Position numbers and translations under genes: made by a program. This document shows, in pieces, positions 1 to 11,811 of a stretch of DNA of 64,000 nucleotides. Position 1 is the first letter of the stretch, and every line of letters begins with the position of its first letter. The stretch comes from Lama glama (taxonomy: Eukaryota), in contig CM052837.1 in assembly GCA_028534125.1 (NCBI GenBank), positions 37,200,001 to 37,264,000 on the forward strand, written 5' to 3'. The notes below the pieces were generated by a model, which had not been told where the DNA came from, made no database searches, and saw only the letters and a program-made list of their open reading frames with translations.

Positions 1-969
1 CCCGGGGTGGGTGGTGGCGGTGGTGGTCCTCTATTTGATCTTTAAAATGGGGCTCCAGCCCCCCAGGTGTTCTGTGCCCTTGTGCTGAAGAGCATGTGTT
101 GGGCAGAGTCAGTGGGGCCCTTGGAAGGAAGGTGAGTGAACCAGAGATGGGCCCTCCCGGCCTTGTCAAGATGGGAGGGCGGCTGTCCCGGGGCTGGGAC
201 TCCCTCCTGGTCTGAGCTCAGGCCCTGTCTGCAGGGGGAGGGCAGCACGGCCCCCCCCAGGGACCCGACTCCCGCCAGCCCCGGGTGACATGGGACAGAA
301 GGGGCTGGGCAGGACCAGGAATCCGCCATCTGCTCGCAGGGAAGGCAATCCCCAGCAGTGAGGGTCTCCGGGACCTGAGAGACCCCTGTGATCTGAGCCC
401 TGGCCCCCAAGTCATGTGGGAAAATGGGCAGCTGGACCCTTGGCCCAGGCCACCACGTTAGCTGTCACCCAGGTAGGCCCCTCCCACCGGGATGTCCAGT
501 CTGCCCTTGACCTGGAAACTCCCTTCAAGGAGGGCCCTGCAGCCAGAAACACCCGATTCCCGGCCCTGGGGAGTGGGTGGGTGACAGGCAGGGCTTAGCG
601 CTGTGACCTGCCTGCCGGTTTCCACATCACCGGCCCTGTCAGTGCCCCCAGGGCTGTCTGAAGAACAGAGGCCTCTCGCATCCAAATTTTTTTAAAAGCA
701 CAGGAAATATTCACCTGATCCCTTCCTGCTGTCTGACAGAAATCATTTATTTTCGTGTCCTCTGCAGCCATGCCCCCTTCGGCCCTGGGGGGATGTCCGG
801 CCACTACTGGACATGGCCCCAGCAGACGGTGGGTGCCTGCCTGGCCAGGGGTCTGGCCACGGGGCCCCCCTCGCAGTCGGCCCGTCCACCTCGCTGTGCC
901 GTGGCTCACTCCCCAAGTGGTGACATAACCGCAGATCTGTCTGGTGGGGTCCGCATCCTGCACGCCCTG

Positions 970-1270
970 CGATGTGTGCTTGTGCATCCTCTGCTGCACA
1001 AGTTGCCCCAAAACCTCTGGCTGAAAACGATGACGCTGTTTATCATCTGCCCTGTTTCTGAAGGACCAAGCTTCCGGACAGGACCCAGGGGGCACAGGTC
1101 TCTGCCCCTGGCATCCGGGCCTCCCCGGGGCTGGGGGCGTCTGAAGGCCTCACTCACAGGTCAGTGCTGGTGCTGGCTGTCGGCTAGAGCTGCCTCATGG
1201 GGGCCCCGTGTGGCCCTGGCTGGGCTCCAGAGGCCAGTGTCCCGCGTGCGAGGAGCACGTGGCAGGTGGT
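970..1270 (-). mobile_element. Degenerate MaLR (MLT1-type) LTR fragment
   Basis: gctgcacaagttgccccaaaacctctggctgaaaacgatgacgctgtttatcatct resembles the reverse-complemented MLT1 LTR end. Confidence 0.45.
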
Positions 1271-3774
1271 GTGGCCGTCCCTGGATGACCCCTGTCTTGC
1301 CGGCTCACATGACGTAAACAACCATGGTTCCTGGGCTCTGAGCATTCTCGTAGGGAGGCTCTGGGCTGGGGGCTCCAGACCAGCCCCTCCTCCCTTCTGA
1401 CAGGGACCCCTTCCCTGAGGAGGCTACAGCCTGGGGTGCCCGTCAGCACCGCACAGGGGAGGCATCTCAGGTTCCCTCCAGCCCGGGGGTGGGTCTCCCA
1501 GCCGCAGACGGAGGAACGCAGGCGGCGTCCGCGCGGAGTCTGGCCCTTGGAGGAGGGGGACAGCGGGGAAGGGGGTGGTTCCGGGCCCCAAGGCCTCTCG
1601 CACAACCCCAGCTGGGCTCCTCCACCTCCCCTGCTCTGCTGACTTCAAGTTCTGGGTCCTGAGGGATGGCCTGGCTGGCCAAAGGCAGAGACCCACAGCC
1701 CCGAGACAGGCATAGGCCTGCCGGGAACCCCCTCAGACCCCACAGACACATTCTTCCGGAAAACAATCTGCCCCACCACACCGCTGGGGCGGCCCTCCGG
1801 GAAGTCAGGGGAACCGGGCTCAAGGGCAGGGCCGCTCAGACCCACCCTGCCGTCTCCCGGGGCCTCTTCCAGCCAGGTTACTTGGCTTCCCAGAGCTTGG
1901 TTTCCTCCCCTAAATGGGGAGGGGGTGCGGGGACCTGGGAGCCCAGGCCAAGTGGCAAATAGAGAGCTAACTCCAGCAGGCGGACTTGTCTTGGACTGGG
2001 GTCTCGGGGAGGGGTGTCCCGGTCTTGGCCCCTCAGCAGAGGGCTCCATCCCAGCCTACCCCCACCTGCAAGGCCTTCGGGCAGCCCTGCTCTGCACCCA
2101 CCTAATTCCCTCTCCTTAGGCAGCCCTCTCCCTCCAACCCCAAGCCAGAGACCCCAGCCCCACTCTCCGCCTGCCTGGAGAGAGGCGAGGCTGGCATGGG
2201 GCTGGGTGCCTCCAGGGGAAGTCTCCTGAGGCCCAGAGGGGCTCCCCCGAGCACACCCACAGCCTCAGCCTCCAGCGTCCAGCTGGCTCCTGCTCCCAGA
2301 CAGGGGAGACCTCCGCGCCCGGGAGTTGGCAGGCACCCATTCTGCTCCCGGTGCGTGCACTGCAGAACCCTGGGGAGGGTGGTGGAGCGTGCAGGCCGAG
2401 GCACTGCAGGGACCCGCACCTCGGTGGGCTGCACTGGGGGCTGTGGGGACGCCTGCCTCGTGCTGACGCTGGGCTGGGGAGGAAAGAATGGAGCCACCTC
2501 TTACCTAAGGGGGTTGCGCGCTGCAGCAATGGTGAGCGGGTGTGTTCGGGCTTCGCCAGGGGAGACGGCCCCAGGACCAGGGCTCAGTGGGGCCCTGAAG
2601 CAGGAGGTCGCCCTGGAGCACGGCCAGAGCAGGACGGGCGGCCGTGTCCTGAGCTCAGGGCGGGGGCAGGGCTGGGTGGAGGCCGGAGCTTCCGGGTGAC
2701 CTGCAGCACCTGGGTGGTGGGGCCTGAGCCTCCTCAAGGCGGTGTGGGCAGCCAGGAGGATCTGGCCTCTGCACCAGCCTCAGGGAGGAAGTTAACACAG
2801 ACTGATTCCAATGCAAATGTCAAACCCACCCTGCAATGAAAAATTAGCAGCTCTGAATGTCAAGGAGGGAGTCCCAGCCCCAGCTGTCTGGCTCCGGCTG
2901 GCAGAGCGGACAGAGCTGAGCTGCTTTCTCCAGCTCCTGGGCTGGGGGGCTGAGGGAGGAGGCGTCTGGAGTAGGGCCACAGCCAGCACAGACCAGCCAC
3001 TGGACTGTCAGAGCTCCCAACAGGCCCCTGCGTCTGGTAGGTCCCTGAGGGGCTCAGGGCATGGCCACGCCTTCTCCCCTGCACCACCCACCAAGTGCAG
3101 GAAGCAAAGGATGCATTCAGCAGGTGCTCCATAGATGCTCTTGACCACGTGGTCTCTGACTCCGGGGAGCGTGAGTCCTGGGCCCAGCACCCTCTCTGTC
3201 CGCTGGCCCATTGCAGCACTGAGGTGGTTCCACCCGGCTCACTCTAGGCAGGAGGGGCTGTCCAGGGCCACCCGAGGCTGACCCCTGCCCAGCCCAGCCG
3301 GTCTCAAGGTCATCCTTGAAGACCAACAGGCATTTTCCGAGTAGCGGTGTCTGAGAAAAAGCCACGTGCCAGCACCCTCAGCTGTACTTCCTTCTGCACA
3401 ATTTCTTGTCCTAACCCATTTCACTTTTAAGTGGAAAAAGAAATTACGTTTTTGCATCTTGTAACAGCAGATGGCGGCTGCTACGGGCAGGGTTTCCTGG
3501 GGACGCAGCAGTGCCCAGATTTCAGGAATTTCCTGGTCTCTACCCCCACCCAGCCAGCCTGCAGGGCTCAGCGCCCAGGCTCGGGGACCTGGCCCTGGGA
3601 AGACCCAGGGGCTCAGAGAAGGAGCCCCCGGAAAGGACGGCTGGGGCGTGGAGGGAGCTGTCAGCAAGGAGGAGGCAGGAGCGGAGGAGGACCTGGAGGA
3701 ACCAGAGGCTGGGCGCGGAGGAGGGAGCGCGTGGGGGTGGCCCGAGGGGGCAGCCACCTTGGAGTGCTGGGGGG

Positions 3775-5240
3775 CCGCTCTGACGGCTGTGAGTGAGGTC
3801 CCACTGTGCTGCTGGTTTGCGCTTCCCTGATGGTCGGCGGTGCTGAGGGTCTTTTCATGCGCCTCTGCTCCCCTTTAAGCCAGACTGGCTGCTTCTCGTA
3901 CCGCATTGCACGAGCTCTCGTGTGTCCGACACCGACCCCTTGCCTGCCGCAGCTTTGCGGGGTCCTTCTCCCGGTCAGCACGCTGCCTTTGCGCCTGGTT
4001 GACGGCGTCCTTTGCTGAGCACAAGCTTTTTTGTTTGACGTAGTCCCATTTGTTTATTTTTGCTTTTGCTTCCCTTGACTGAGGAGAAAGATGAAAAACA
4101 TATGGCTAAGACCGATGTCCAAGAGCATTCTGCTATGTTTTCTTCTAGGATTTTTATAGTGTTAGGTCTTACATTTAAGCCTTTAGTTCACTTTGAGTGT
4201 ATTTTTGGATATGGTGAGAGAATGTAGTCCAGTCTGATTCCTTTACAGGCAGCTGTCCCGTTTCCCAGCACCGCCACTGAAGAGACTGTCGCTTCTCCAT
4301 CGTGTGTTCTTGCCTCCTCTGTCACAGACTAAGGGACCGCGAGGGTGTGGGCTTGTCTCTGGCCACTGTTCTGCAGCCCGGAGCACTGTGCCTGCGTCTG
4401 GCCAGCCCCACACTGCTTTGATGGCTGCAGATTTGTGGCATAGTTTCAAGTCAAGGAATGGGAGACCTACAGCTCTGTTCCTCTTTCTCAAGGTTGCTTT
4501 GATTATTCAGAGTGTTTTGTAGTTCTATACAAATTTTAGGAGTATTTGCTTCAGTTCTGTAAAAAATGCCATTGGCATATGGTAGGGACTGCATTGACGG
4601 CGTGGACTGCCTTGGGGAGCGCGGGCATTTTAATATTAGTTCTTCCAGTCCATGAGCATGATGTGTCTTTCCATCTGTCCGTGTCATCCTCAGTTCCTTC
4701 CAACAGTGTCTGACAGTTTTCTGAGTACAGGTTTTGACCTCCTTAGTTAAGTACATTCCTGGGTATTTTATTCTTTTTGATGCAATTGTAAATGGGTTGT
4801 TCTCTTACCTTCACTTTCTGGCGGTTTGTTGTTAGTGTGTAAAATGCAACAGATTTCAGTATGCTAATCTTACACCCCGCAAATTCACTGGATTTATTTA
4901 GTGCTTCTGCTAGGTTTTTAGTGCAATCTTTAGGGTTCCCTACGTACAGTGTCACGCCGTGTCATCCGCAGGTAGTGACAGTTTCAATCCCTCCTTTCCA
5001 ATCAGGAGAACTTCCCTTTCTTTCTCCCGTCTGCTTGCTGCGGCGAGGACTTCCGGTGCCATGTTGACTAGAAGTGGTGAGAGTGGGCACCCTTGTCTTG
5101 TTCCTCATCTCAGAGGAAATGCTCTCAGCTTCTCACCTCTGGTGTGATGTTAGCTGTGGGCTGCCACTCGTGGCCTTTGTTATGCTGAAGTGCATTCCTT
5201 CTATGCCCGCCTTCTGGTGAGTTTGACTCATACATGGGTG
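3775..5240 (-). mobile_element. LINE-1 ORF2 remnant (RT end and downstream region), disrupted
   Basis: Minus-strand translations LYVGNPKDCTKNLAEALNKSSEFAGCKISILKSVAF and LPFLDLKLCHKSAAIKAVW match L1 ORF2 motifs; AT-rich relative to flanks. Confidence 0.92.
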
Positions 5241-5249
5241 CTGAACCAC

Positions 5250-5890
5250 TGTAACCATTTCTAAGTGCGTGGTTCTCTGGCACTAAACACATCTCATTGC
5301 TGTACAGCCATCACCCCTGTCCGTTTGCAGAGCCTCTTATCTTGCAAAACACACTCGGCCCCCTAAGCAGGAACTCTCCCACCCGCCTCCCCACACCCAC
5401 CGCCTGCTCTCTGTCTCTGTGAATTTGACTCCTCTAGGAACCTCCTGTAAGTGGAATCACACGGTACTTGTCTCTTTGAGACTGGCTCAGCATAATGTCC
5501 TCAAGGCTCATCTGTGTTGTAGCCTGTGTCAGGACCTACCTTCGTTTTAAAGGCTGAATAATATTGCATCATAGGGATGGACCACATCTTGCTTATCCGT
5601 TCATTCATCGATGGACACTTGGGCTGCTTCCATGATTTGGCTGCTGTGAACATGAGTGTACAGATAAATCTTTGAACCTCTGCTTTCAATTCTTTTTGGT
5701 ATGTGCCTAGGAGAGGAATTGCTGGATCACATGGTAATTATAGTTTTTTTGAGGAGCACCGTACCATTTTCCACAGTGGCTGTAGCTTTTTACTTTCCCA
5801 CTAACAGTGCACAAGTTCCTCCTTTCTCCGCATCCTTCCAACACCTGTTGTCTCCTATGTTTTTTGACAGCTGCCATCCTGTAGTTGGCA
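5250..5890 (-). mobile_element. LINE-1 3' end (ORF2 C-terminus and 3'UTR, L1M-type)
   Basis: ICTLMFTAAKSWKQPKCPSMNERISKMW...YYSAFK matches the L1 ORF2 C-terminus. Confidence 0.9.
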
Positions 5891-8399
5891 TGTTTCTTTT
5901 TAATAAGAAGTTTAACCCCAGCCTGAAGAGAGCCGACCCTCCCGGCTTTTCTTCTCTGCTCCCACACTTGTCCGGAGGCCAGTGCCCACCTTTGCCCACA
6001 GCTTCCTCCATCCAGAGCCTCCCCTGGACAGAACCTCCCGGACTCTGGCTTGCCTTCACCGTCCGAGGCAAACTCACCACCGAAAAGTCCACCCAGACCC
6101 ACAGCCCAGAACCTCTGTCATCACAGCGGCTCACGGTTCCCAGGGGCTGAGGGGCTCACCTCTGCTGCTTGGCCCCAGAACCTGACCTGGCCTTCAGGGC
6201 AGTGGGGCCAGACCTGTGAGACGTCCCCGCGACCTGCTGAACAGTCAGGCCTGAATCTCGGCCACATATTTGACCTCTGGGCAGATCTCAAGATGATCAC
6301 CCTGGCCCTTCCCTCTGGGAGGAGGCACTGCCCCAGTGGACAGGTACTCGGGTGGTCTGGCCCAGCGGTCCCCTCTGCGGGGTCACCATCTGGCGCAGCC
6401 CTGTTGTTGGGCGCCTGCCACGCCTGCACTGTCTGTGCTCCAGCGGCCATCAGGGAAGGTCAGGCTTCACAAGTGAGGTCCGCAGTCTGGGCCTCAGGCT
6501 CTGTGAGCCCACGGCCGTGCCGGCCTCATTCTGGCTGCTTCCCAGGGGGCGGGCACAGACCTGCTTAGTGAATGAGTGAACGTGTGACTGAATGCATGCG
6601 TGATGAATGATTGAAGGAGCCACTTGCAGAGAGGCCTCCAGGCCTGTGGCAGACAGAGCCAGGCCAATTCTGAGAACAACCCTTCGCAGCCTCAGAACCC
6701 CGTGGGCTGCAGGCCTGAGGGTCTAGGTGGGGCTGGGTCTGCGGCCACCCGGCAGCATGAGCCCTGGGACATGGGGCAGCAGAAGGAGCCGGGCACAGGG
6801 ACCAGGCAAGGTGGACGGACACATGGAGCCAGGCCGAGGGGATGAGGAGCAGCGCCTCCTACTGTCCTGAGATCTGAGGGCCTAGCTAGCGGCCCAGCCC
6901 CTCCCTCCCAGCCCATCCCCATGGCTGTCCCCACAGCAAGGGTCCCCCTTTGACCCCTTGGGCCCTTCCCCGGGCTCCACAGATCCCAGGCCAGGGCTGG
7001 GGACGTCTGTCCAGCAGAAACAGGCAGTAGCCTTCCGAGCCAAGTGCCGACCTCACTGATGGGAGGTGGCACACTTGGAGGTGGAACCATGGGTCCTTGG
7101 AAGGAACGGGGCTGCCCCGTCCCCCATCTCCAGGAGCTCCTCCAGGTGAGTGCTGCCACCTAGTGGCAGCTGGGTGCAGCAGGGGTGTGCAGCGGCCCAG
7201 CACACTTGGGGGGTTGGCGCTCCGGCCAGCTTCCCTACAGCCCAGCCCTGGCCACATCTGTCCCCCGTGCCCTGTCACCCCCTGACCACGGCCCCGTCTG
7301 GCCCTTCCCTGGCCGGTGCTCACACTCAGAGGTGCCCATGGACCAGATCCCCGGTGGGACGTGGGGTCACGCAGGCAGGGGCAGCGTGACAGGGTTGGAG
7401 GGCATGTGAGCTCACACACCACAGGGAGGAAGTCATCTTCCTGGCCCCATAGGCTGGTCCAGGTGGGAGGAAGGGGCGGGAACGGGGAGGAAGGGAGAGG
7501 GGCCTCGGATGGGAGGTGCCTGAGTGGCCCTGCGGTGGTGGGCGGGCAGGCGGTGGCTGAGCTGGTGGACAGGAGCTCGTCCAGCACCTCTGGGAGGGAG
7601 GGCCGGTCCCCTGAGGTCTGCAGTGGCCTCTTGTCTGAGCCCAGAGCCCCCGGCACCCCCCCCACTGCTCCTCAAGCATCCAAGCCCACTCTAGTCCCCA
7701 CCTTTTGCCCTGAGAAGAAGGTTCACCACACCCCACGCCCAGCCCCCATCCCGTCCCGCCTGCCCACCTGGCTCCGGCTGCCAGGCTGGACAAGGTGGCC
7801 AGTGGATCCAGGTGATAGCAGGACACAACTCTGTGTCTGGCCCACCCGGTCAGGGGTCAGGGGACAAGACGGTCCCAGAGACCAGGGCGTCTGCTTATGC
7901 GGGGCCAGGCTCCACTGTGGGCCCCCACCTCACCTCCAGGAGGGCACTTAGCTCCCACCAGGGGTGCCTCAGTTGCCTCCCCTGGGGAATGTTGCCACCT
8001 CCTGGGGTCAGGGTGATAGTCACTGAGCCGGGGATACAGTGCAGGTCCAGGCGAACCTGGTACATAGTGTGGCCACGTGGGATGGGCACGCGCACCCGGG
8101 AGCACACAGAGCCTCAGACGCTGCCCTCCCCCACTGCTTTGCCCATTCTGCCGTCTGGTGGCCCGTGTCCAACCCCAGCCTGTGAATCCTGCCGGAAGCA
8201 GAACCCAGGCCACGGTGGACCTGGGGGCACAGGCTGCTGGAGTCTCCCCAAGGAATTTTCCCTGCTTTCTTGGTGTAGAATTCCCGGGCTAGCTGCACAG
8301 CTGGCAGCTGGTGCAGACTCCATCTCCCAGTCTTCCCTGCAGACTCTGACAGGGTTCTTGACAATGGACAGGCAGCGCGCGCGTGATTGTGTGTGTGCG

Positions 8400-8700
8400 C
8401 GCATGAGACTTCAGAGACCAGTCCTTAAAGGAACAGTGTGCCTTCCTTCCCCATACTCCCTCCTACTAGCTGGAATGCGGTTATAATGGCTAGACTCCAG
8501 CAACCACACTGGGCCATGTGGTGACCCTAAGGAAGTCACGTAGAGCAGAGCAGTAAGACAAGAGAGTCCCGAGTGCCTGGCACCCACACCCATCCTGACA
8601 GCCTCCATCTGAGAAACAAATATGAGCCTATTCTGTTGAACCCACAGTTACTTAGAGTTTCTCTATTAATTACAGCCAGGCCTAAACCTAACCCTCGTCC
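8400..8700 (+). mobile_element. MaLR LTR (MLT1J-like)
   Basis: gctggaatgcggttataatggctagactccagcaaccacactgggccatgtggtgacc...cagccaggcctaaacctaac resembles the 3' half of MLT1J. Confidence 0.65.
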
Positions 8701-8732
8701 TAGGGGACAGTTCCTAGAGAAACCGAGAGAAA

Positions 8733-8738
8733 TTTATT
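8733..8738 (-). terminator. Distal polyadenylation signal AATAAA
   Basis: Minus strand ccAATAAAtttctctcggtttctc in a locally AT-richer patch. Confidence 0.7.
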
Positions 8739-10617
8739 GGCACTGAGAAACATGGCAAGCAGTTTGAAGACCGCTGAATGGAAGCAGATTAAGGACATTC
8801 TTCTCCTGTGTCCATGGAGGGAGGAGGACAGAGGTGGGCCCCTGCCTCCCACTGCAGCCCCCTCCACACAGCACGGAGGGCAGGTGCATGAACTGGGCAC
8901 TGAGAGAACCCCTAGAGCACCCCAGGTCTTCATCAACCCAGGAACTGCAGAGAAACCTAGTCAGAGTGGCCTGTTGGGGCGTCTGAGGGCCGTATGAGCC
9001 CGAGGGCCCCCAGAGCTCACAGCACAGGCTCGGGGTTTCCTGGGGCGGCTCTGGAACCCTCCTCCCTCCGGCTCTAGCAGAGATGGGCAGGGACACAGCG
9101 GGACCCTGTCTAGAGCTCCAGGTGGATGGAGGTGAGCTGAGCAGCCAGCCCAGGCAGGCGGGCAGGGGCCCACCTGCACCTGGAGCCCAGTTCCCTCCAA
9201 ACCTAAGGACACCCCAGCCCACAACTCAATGGGAGTCTTGCAGCACAGAGGTCTCTGGTGGTGGTCGGAGCCTGCCAGGGCCACTTGAACCCCCATGCTA
9301 CAGGGCCCGATCGCCTGTGACGGGGCTGTGGGGCAGCAGGCCTTGGGCCCTGCTGAGGTCAGCCGGTCTGGGCACCAGTCCTGGCCGGGTCACTGCCTCT
9401 CAGGCCACCACGCCCTGCGGAGCTGCTCTTCCTACTCAGAGGGCTGACCCCTAGGAGTCCCAGGGAGCGTCCAGTGGAGGGGAAAATGCCAGAGGGCAGC
9501 ACAGCTGACCGCCCGCACAGGCTCAGTCTCAGATCCGCCCGCCCTGGGCCCCTGCCTGGCCCCTCTGCTGGGAGATGGGACGGCCTTATCCCCCCCACCC
9601 CGCTCTCCACACCGCCCCCGCTGGGCCAGCTGAGGGGAGCGAGTCGGAAGAGAAAGAGTGGGGGGTGGCCAAGCAGGTGCCACGAAAAGCAGGAGGGGCT
9701 CTGAGGACGTCAGACCCCAGGCCGGGCACCAGCGCCAAGCTCCAGGTCTCCACACCCACTGCAGACCCATGTGCACAGAGCCCACCCCTGGGAGTGGGCA
9801 GACCCAGCGTTTCCTGAGGGCCCAGAGGGCTCGCCCGGCCCCAGGCTGGGGGCTCTGGTCCAGGACCCTAGCCGCTCCCAGTGGCGGCAGGTAGGATAGA
9901 CCGCAGGCGGGAAGCCCACAGGCTCAGGCCCAGCCCCGGGCGGTGAGGGTGAGTTTTTGCTGCTTAAGCCGCTAGTCTGTGGTCCTTTCTTAGGACACAC
10001 CGGCAGGGCCCAGTGCCTTGACCCTGGGAAGCGGGACCCCCTGCAGCACAGCAGCCCCTTGGCCAAGGCCTCCCCCACACCCCCCCACCGGAGCCCGGCC
10101 AGGAGCCCGCAGCCCGGAGACGGCGTGAGAGGACAGAGGCTACACGCTGTTCAGGTTGAATCACTGTGTTTTACTAAGTGCACAGGTCCACTGGGCATCC
10201 GAACTTGTCCCTGTGGCAGAACTCTCCACATGCATCCCTGCCGCCGTCTCTACGCCCGCGGTCCCTGGCAAACCGCGCTGGGCCTCCTGGCGGCACAAGC
10301 GTCAACCTGACAGTGAGTTGAGTGAGAATCTCAGCTGGTCCGTAGAAAACTAGAGTTCTTTCCCTGGGCGTCTGTCCCTAGAAAACGGCCAGTGTGCACA
10401 TCCCCTGTCACAGGGTGGTGACCCGCCCAGGAGGAGAGGCCCGGCGCCTGCTGCAGGGACACGTGGGAGACAGTGTACGTCAGTACTGAAGGCATCATGA
10501 CATTTTCTTTGGAGCATGAACGTGAACAAAAGTGCAGACAGCCAAGGCAACAGCGCAGGTGGGGGTCGCAGCCGCCTTTGGGCCAGAGGGCGCGGCTGCG
10601 AGGACAGCATGGGATGG

Positions 10618-10692
10618 GGGTGCAGGGGACCCCAGGGGCGCAGGGGGACCCTAGGGGAGCAGGGGACCCCGGGGGCACAGGGGGACCCCAGG
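10618..10692. repeat. ~18-bp G-rich tandem repeat x4 (gggg..caggggaccc)
   Basis: Directly visible. Confidence 0.8.
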
Positions 10693-11284
10693 CGGGCATG
10701 TGGGTGGAGCCCAGCAGGTGCAATGATGTGAGATCCGCCGCCCACTCTGTGCTTGCTGTGAGCTGGTCCCGCAGACCACGGACAGAGACGGCAGGTGCCT
10801 GGCGGATTCCAAGGGGGCACGGGGTGACCTCGGTGAATTTTCATCAACATTCATTAAGGCAGTGACTTCCACAGGCCCACCTGGAAGCCCTAGGACTGAG
10901 GGCCATCTCCCAGGAGGGCCCCTTCCTCCCTCTCCCAGCACACGATCTGTCCATCCTGAGGGTCTCTCTGGACAGGGCCACCCAGCCACACCAGGGGCAC
11001 CCATGCAAATGTCCACGACAAGAGGCCACCCGACTCTTCCTCCAACCCAGAGGGGTCTCTCCTCCCAAGGAGCATCCTTCTCACTCTCTCTGCCATGCTT
11101 CCTAAGCCCCCCTCCCTCCAACACCCCCTTTTCCTATGTCTGTTGTCAGCCCCCATCCCTCACAAGACGGCAGAACCCAGGGAAGTGTGGGACACCCCAT
11201 GCATGCTTTAGGGCTATGCAAGGTCTAGGCCTGGGCAGCTGGCTCCCCTGGCCCCTGGAGAGAAGAAAGGTGCCAGCTACTGGC

Positions 11285-11386
11285 CCCAGCACACCACCTC
11301 CTCCAGGAAGCCCTCCCCGGATGTCTTTCCCACTTCCCAGCACACCACCTCCTCCAGGAAGCCCTCCCTGTTTGTCTCTCCCACTT
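11285..11386. repeat. 51-bp tandem duplication in the 3'UTR
   Basis: cccagcacaccacctcctccaggaagccctccc occurs at 11285 and 11336. Confidence 0.9.
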
Positions 11387-11805
11387 AGCATTTGGCAGGA
11401 GCCCAAGTGGAGCCCACCCCTGGGGGCAGGAACGCAGGAGGCAGCTGGCCTGGGACCGCCACACTGGGCAGGCACCTCCATGGGCGCTACAATCAGGCAA
11501 CCTACCCTCACAGGGCCCCACCCAGCCCTCCTGTCCTACACCAGACGTTGGACATCAGTGCATAGAAGCAGGAGGCCTGGAGATCTGCTCAGGGGTCACG
11601 GAGGGCAGGGTTATCCACTCCACAGCCTTGGGACCACTCAGGACAGCATCGGCCAGGGAAAGGAGTGTCAGATTCGAGTCACTGTGCGCTGGGCGTCGTG
11701 GAGCCCCACCTGCTGCTAAGAACTCCCCACCCGCCCATGGGTGCAGGATTACCCAAACTCTCCCCGGCAGGTCCTCACTGTCAAACCAGCCCTCTTCACA
11801 CCACG

Positions 11806-11811
11806 TTTATT
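11806..11811 (-). terminator. Candidate proximal polyadenylation signal AATAAA
   Basis: Minus strand ggAATAAAcgtggtgtg; the only other AATAAA I saw in the UTR. Confidence 0.4.

Noticed and set aside
1-3700. Possible CHRNA4 exons downstream, or EEF1A2 exons at 62100-64000 (human neighbours of KCNQ2)
   Set aside because: No matching coding sequence seen; presumably outside the window.
6560-6615. TGAA-rich stretch like an L2 tail (also 50195-50220)
   Set aside because: Probably L2 remnants, but too short to bound or call with confidence.
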